Origin: Octopus sinensis | Lineage: Eukaryota | Direction: 5' to 3' | DNA length: 64,000 nt | NCBI RefSeq assembly: GCF_006345805.1 | Contig: NC_042997.1 | Span: 127,906,001 to 127,970,000 of the forward strand | Shown: positions 62,612 to 64,000 of the stretch, one piece after another | How positions within the stretch are numbered: the stretch's first letter is position 1 | Layout of the letters: every line of letters begins with the position of its first letter | Notes under the pieces: model-generated | The model's input: the letters and a program-made list of their open reading frames with translations, nothing else | What the model was told of the DNA's origin: nothing | The model's database searches: none | Translations under genes and position numbers: made by a program

Positions 62612-62829
62612 AAGGCGGCGTGCTGGCAGAAATGTTAGCATAGCCGTATTTCGTCTACTGTTATGTTCTGAGTTCAAATTCCGCCGAGGTCGACTTTGCC
62701 TTTCATCCTTTTGGGGTCAATAAATTAAGTACCAGTTACACACTGAGGTCGATGTTATCGACCTAATCCATTTGTCTATCCTTGTTTGTCCCCTCTGTGT
62801 GTAGCCCCTTGTGGGTAGTAAAGAAATAG
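62612..62829 (+). mobile_element. SINE family M, tail A
   Basis: Flanked by duplicated AGACTAGACCAAAGG. Confidence 0.9.
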
Positions 62830-62919
62830 ACTAGACCAAAGGTAAAACAATAACAGCAATATTTATCTCAAAATTTAAAGAGCAGTTGAGCTGTGTCTTA
62901 CTGTAGCAGGAGTTTGAAG

Positions 62920-63680
62920 CTCATGGACCACTTCACCTCCCTGATTGATCACTTCTTTTTCCCTGAGAAATGGCATCCATTTCACTCATGGAGCACCTCC
63001 CACCTATTAATGGGCCACTTTCTTTTCCTTGATGAGCCATTTTCCTTTCACTGGTGGACAACCTTCTTCTCACTGATGGACCACTTCCTTGACATAGATG
63101 AACCACTTCCCTCTCACTGCTAGTACCTATTTCTTTACTACCCACAAGGGGCTAAACACAGAGAGGACAAACAAAGACAGAGAAACGGATTAAGTCGATT
63201 ATATCGACCCCAGTGCAAACTGGTCCTTAATTTATCGACCCCAAAAGGATGAAAGCAAAGTCGACCTCGGCAGAATTTGAACTCAGAACGAAATACCGCT
63301 TAGCATTCTGCCCGACATGCTAACATTTCTCACTGCTAGTACCACCAAGATCTGCATCCACAGTCGGCTTCACCTAGGCTCGCGCCCTTCCAGTTGTAGA
63401 CCACTTCTCTCTCACTGTTGGAACAACCCATCATTGATGGATCACTTCTCTCATTGATGGACCGCTTCCCTCACACTAATGGACTACTTCCCCTCTCTTG
63501 GTACACTACTTACCTCTCACTGATGGGTCACTTTCTTCTCAGTTGAACTATTTCTCTCTCATTGATAGACAAATTCTCTTTCACTGATTGAGCACCTTTG
63601 TCTCACCGATGGACCATTTTCCTCTCGTTGATGGATCACCTCTCTCTTACTGATGAGCAATTTCCCTCTCATTGTTGGAT
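62920..63680 (+). repeat. Degenerate minisatellite of about 21-25 bp (CTCTCACTGATGGACCACTTCC-like) interrupted by a SINE
   Basis: Recurrent (C/T)TGATGGACCAC(T)T; SINE M (minus) at 63128-63327 with TSD TCTCACTGCTAGTACC. Confidence 0.8.
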
Positions 63681-63684
63681 ACCT

Positions 63685-64000
63685 GTGCTGGTGGCACGTA
63701 AAAAGCACCGTCTGAACATGGCCAATGCCAGCACTGCATTGACTGGCTTCTGTGCCAGTGGCACATAAAAAGCACCAAACGATTGTGGTCGCTGCCAGCC
63801 TCCCCTGGCACATAAAAAGCACCCACTACACTCACGGAGTGGTTGGCGTTAGGAAGGGCATCCAGCTGTAGAAACACTGTCAGATCAGACTGGAGCCTGG
63901 TGCAGCCTCCTGGCTTCCCAGACCCCGGTTGAACCATCCAACCCATGCTAGCATGAAAAACGGACGTTAAGCAATGATGATGATGATGATGATGATGATA
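63685..64000 (+). mobile_element. V-domain-like SINE, 5'-truncated
   Basis: Same subrepeats, GGAAGGGCATCC domain and (GAT)n tail as 28310-28632. Confidence 0.85.

Overview
Eukaryotic, AT-rich, repeat-saturated genomic DNA with no long intact protein-coding ORF. The repeat families (tRNA-derived SINEs, Dong/R4, RTE, CR1 and Tx1 LINE relics, mariners, Helitron-like elements, abundant microsatellites) look like those of a coleoid cephalopod, probably Octopus; that is recognition from memory, not a search result. Almost every ORF in the supplied track is a microsatellite artefact or a transposon relic. Host-gene evidence is limited to one housekeeping-type promoter (about 34.8-35.2 kb) and a few unidentified candidate exons. 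I found no system I can call new with confidence. The best leads are: (1) three different minimal hammerhead-ribozyme motifs in Penelope-like remnants at 18.5-21.8 kb, one forming a roughly 380-bp fold-back; (2) a 5.8-kb cluster of head-to-tail and nested Helitron-like elements in a (TA)n tract; (3) a SINE family that forms multimers at a recurrent GAAATAG|GTATTTC junction, with one dimer inside a single target-site duplication and several TSDs starting with GGT(A), suggesting one 4-nt microhomology drives both priming and template jumping. All alignments were done by eye.
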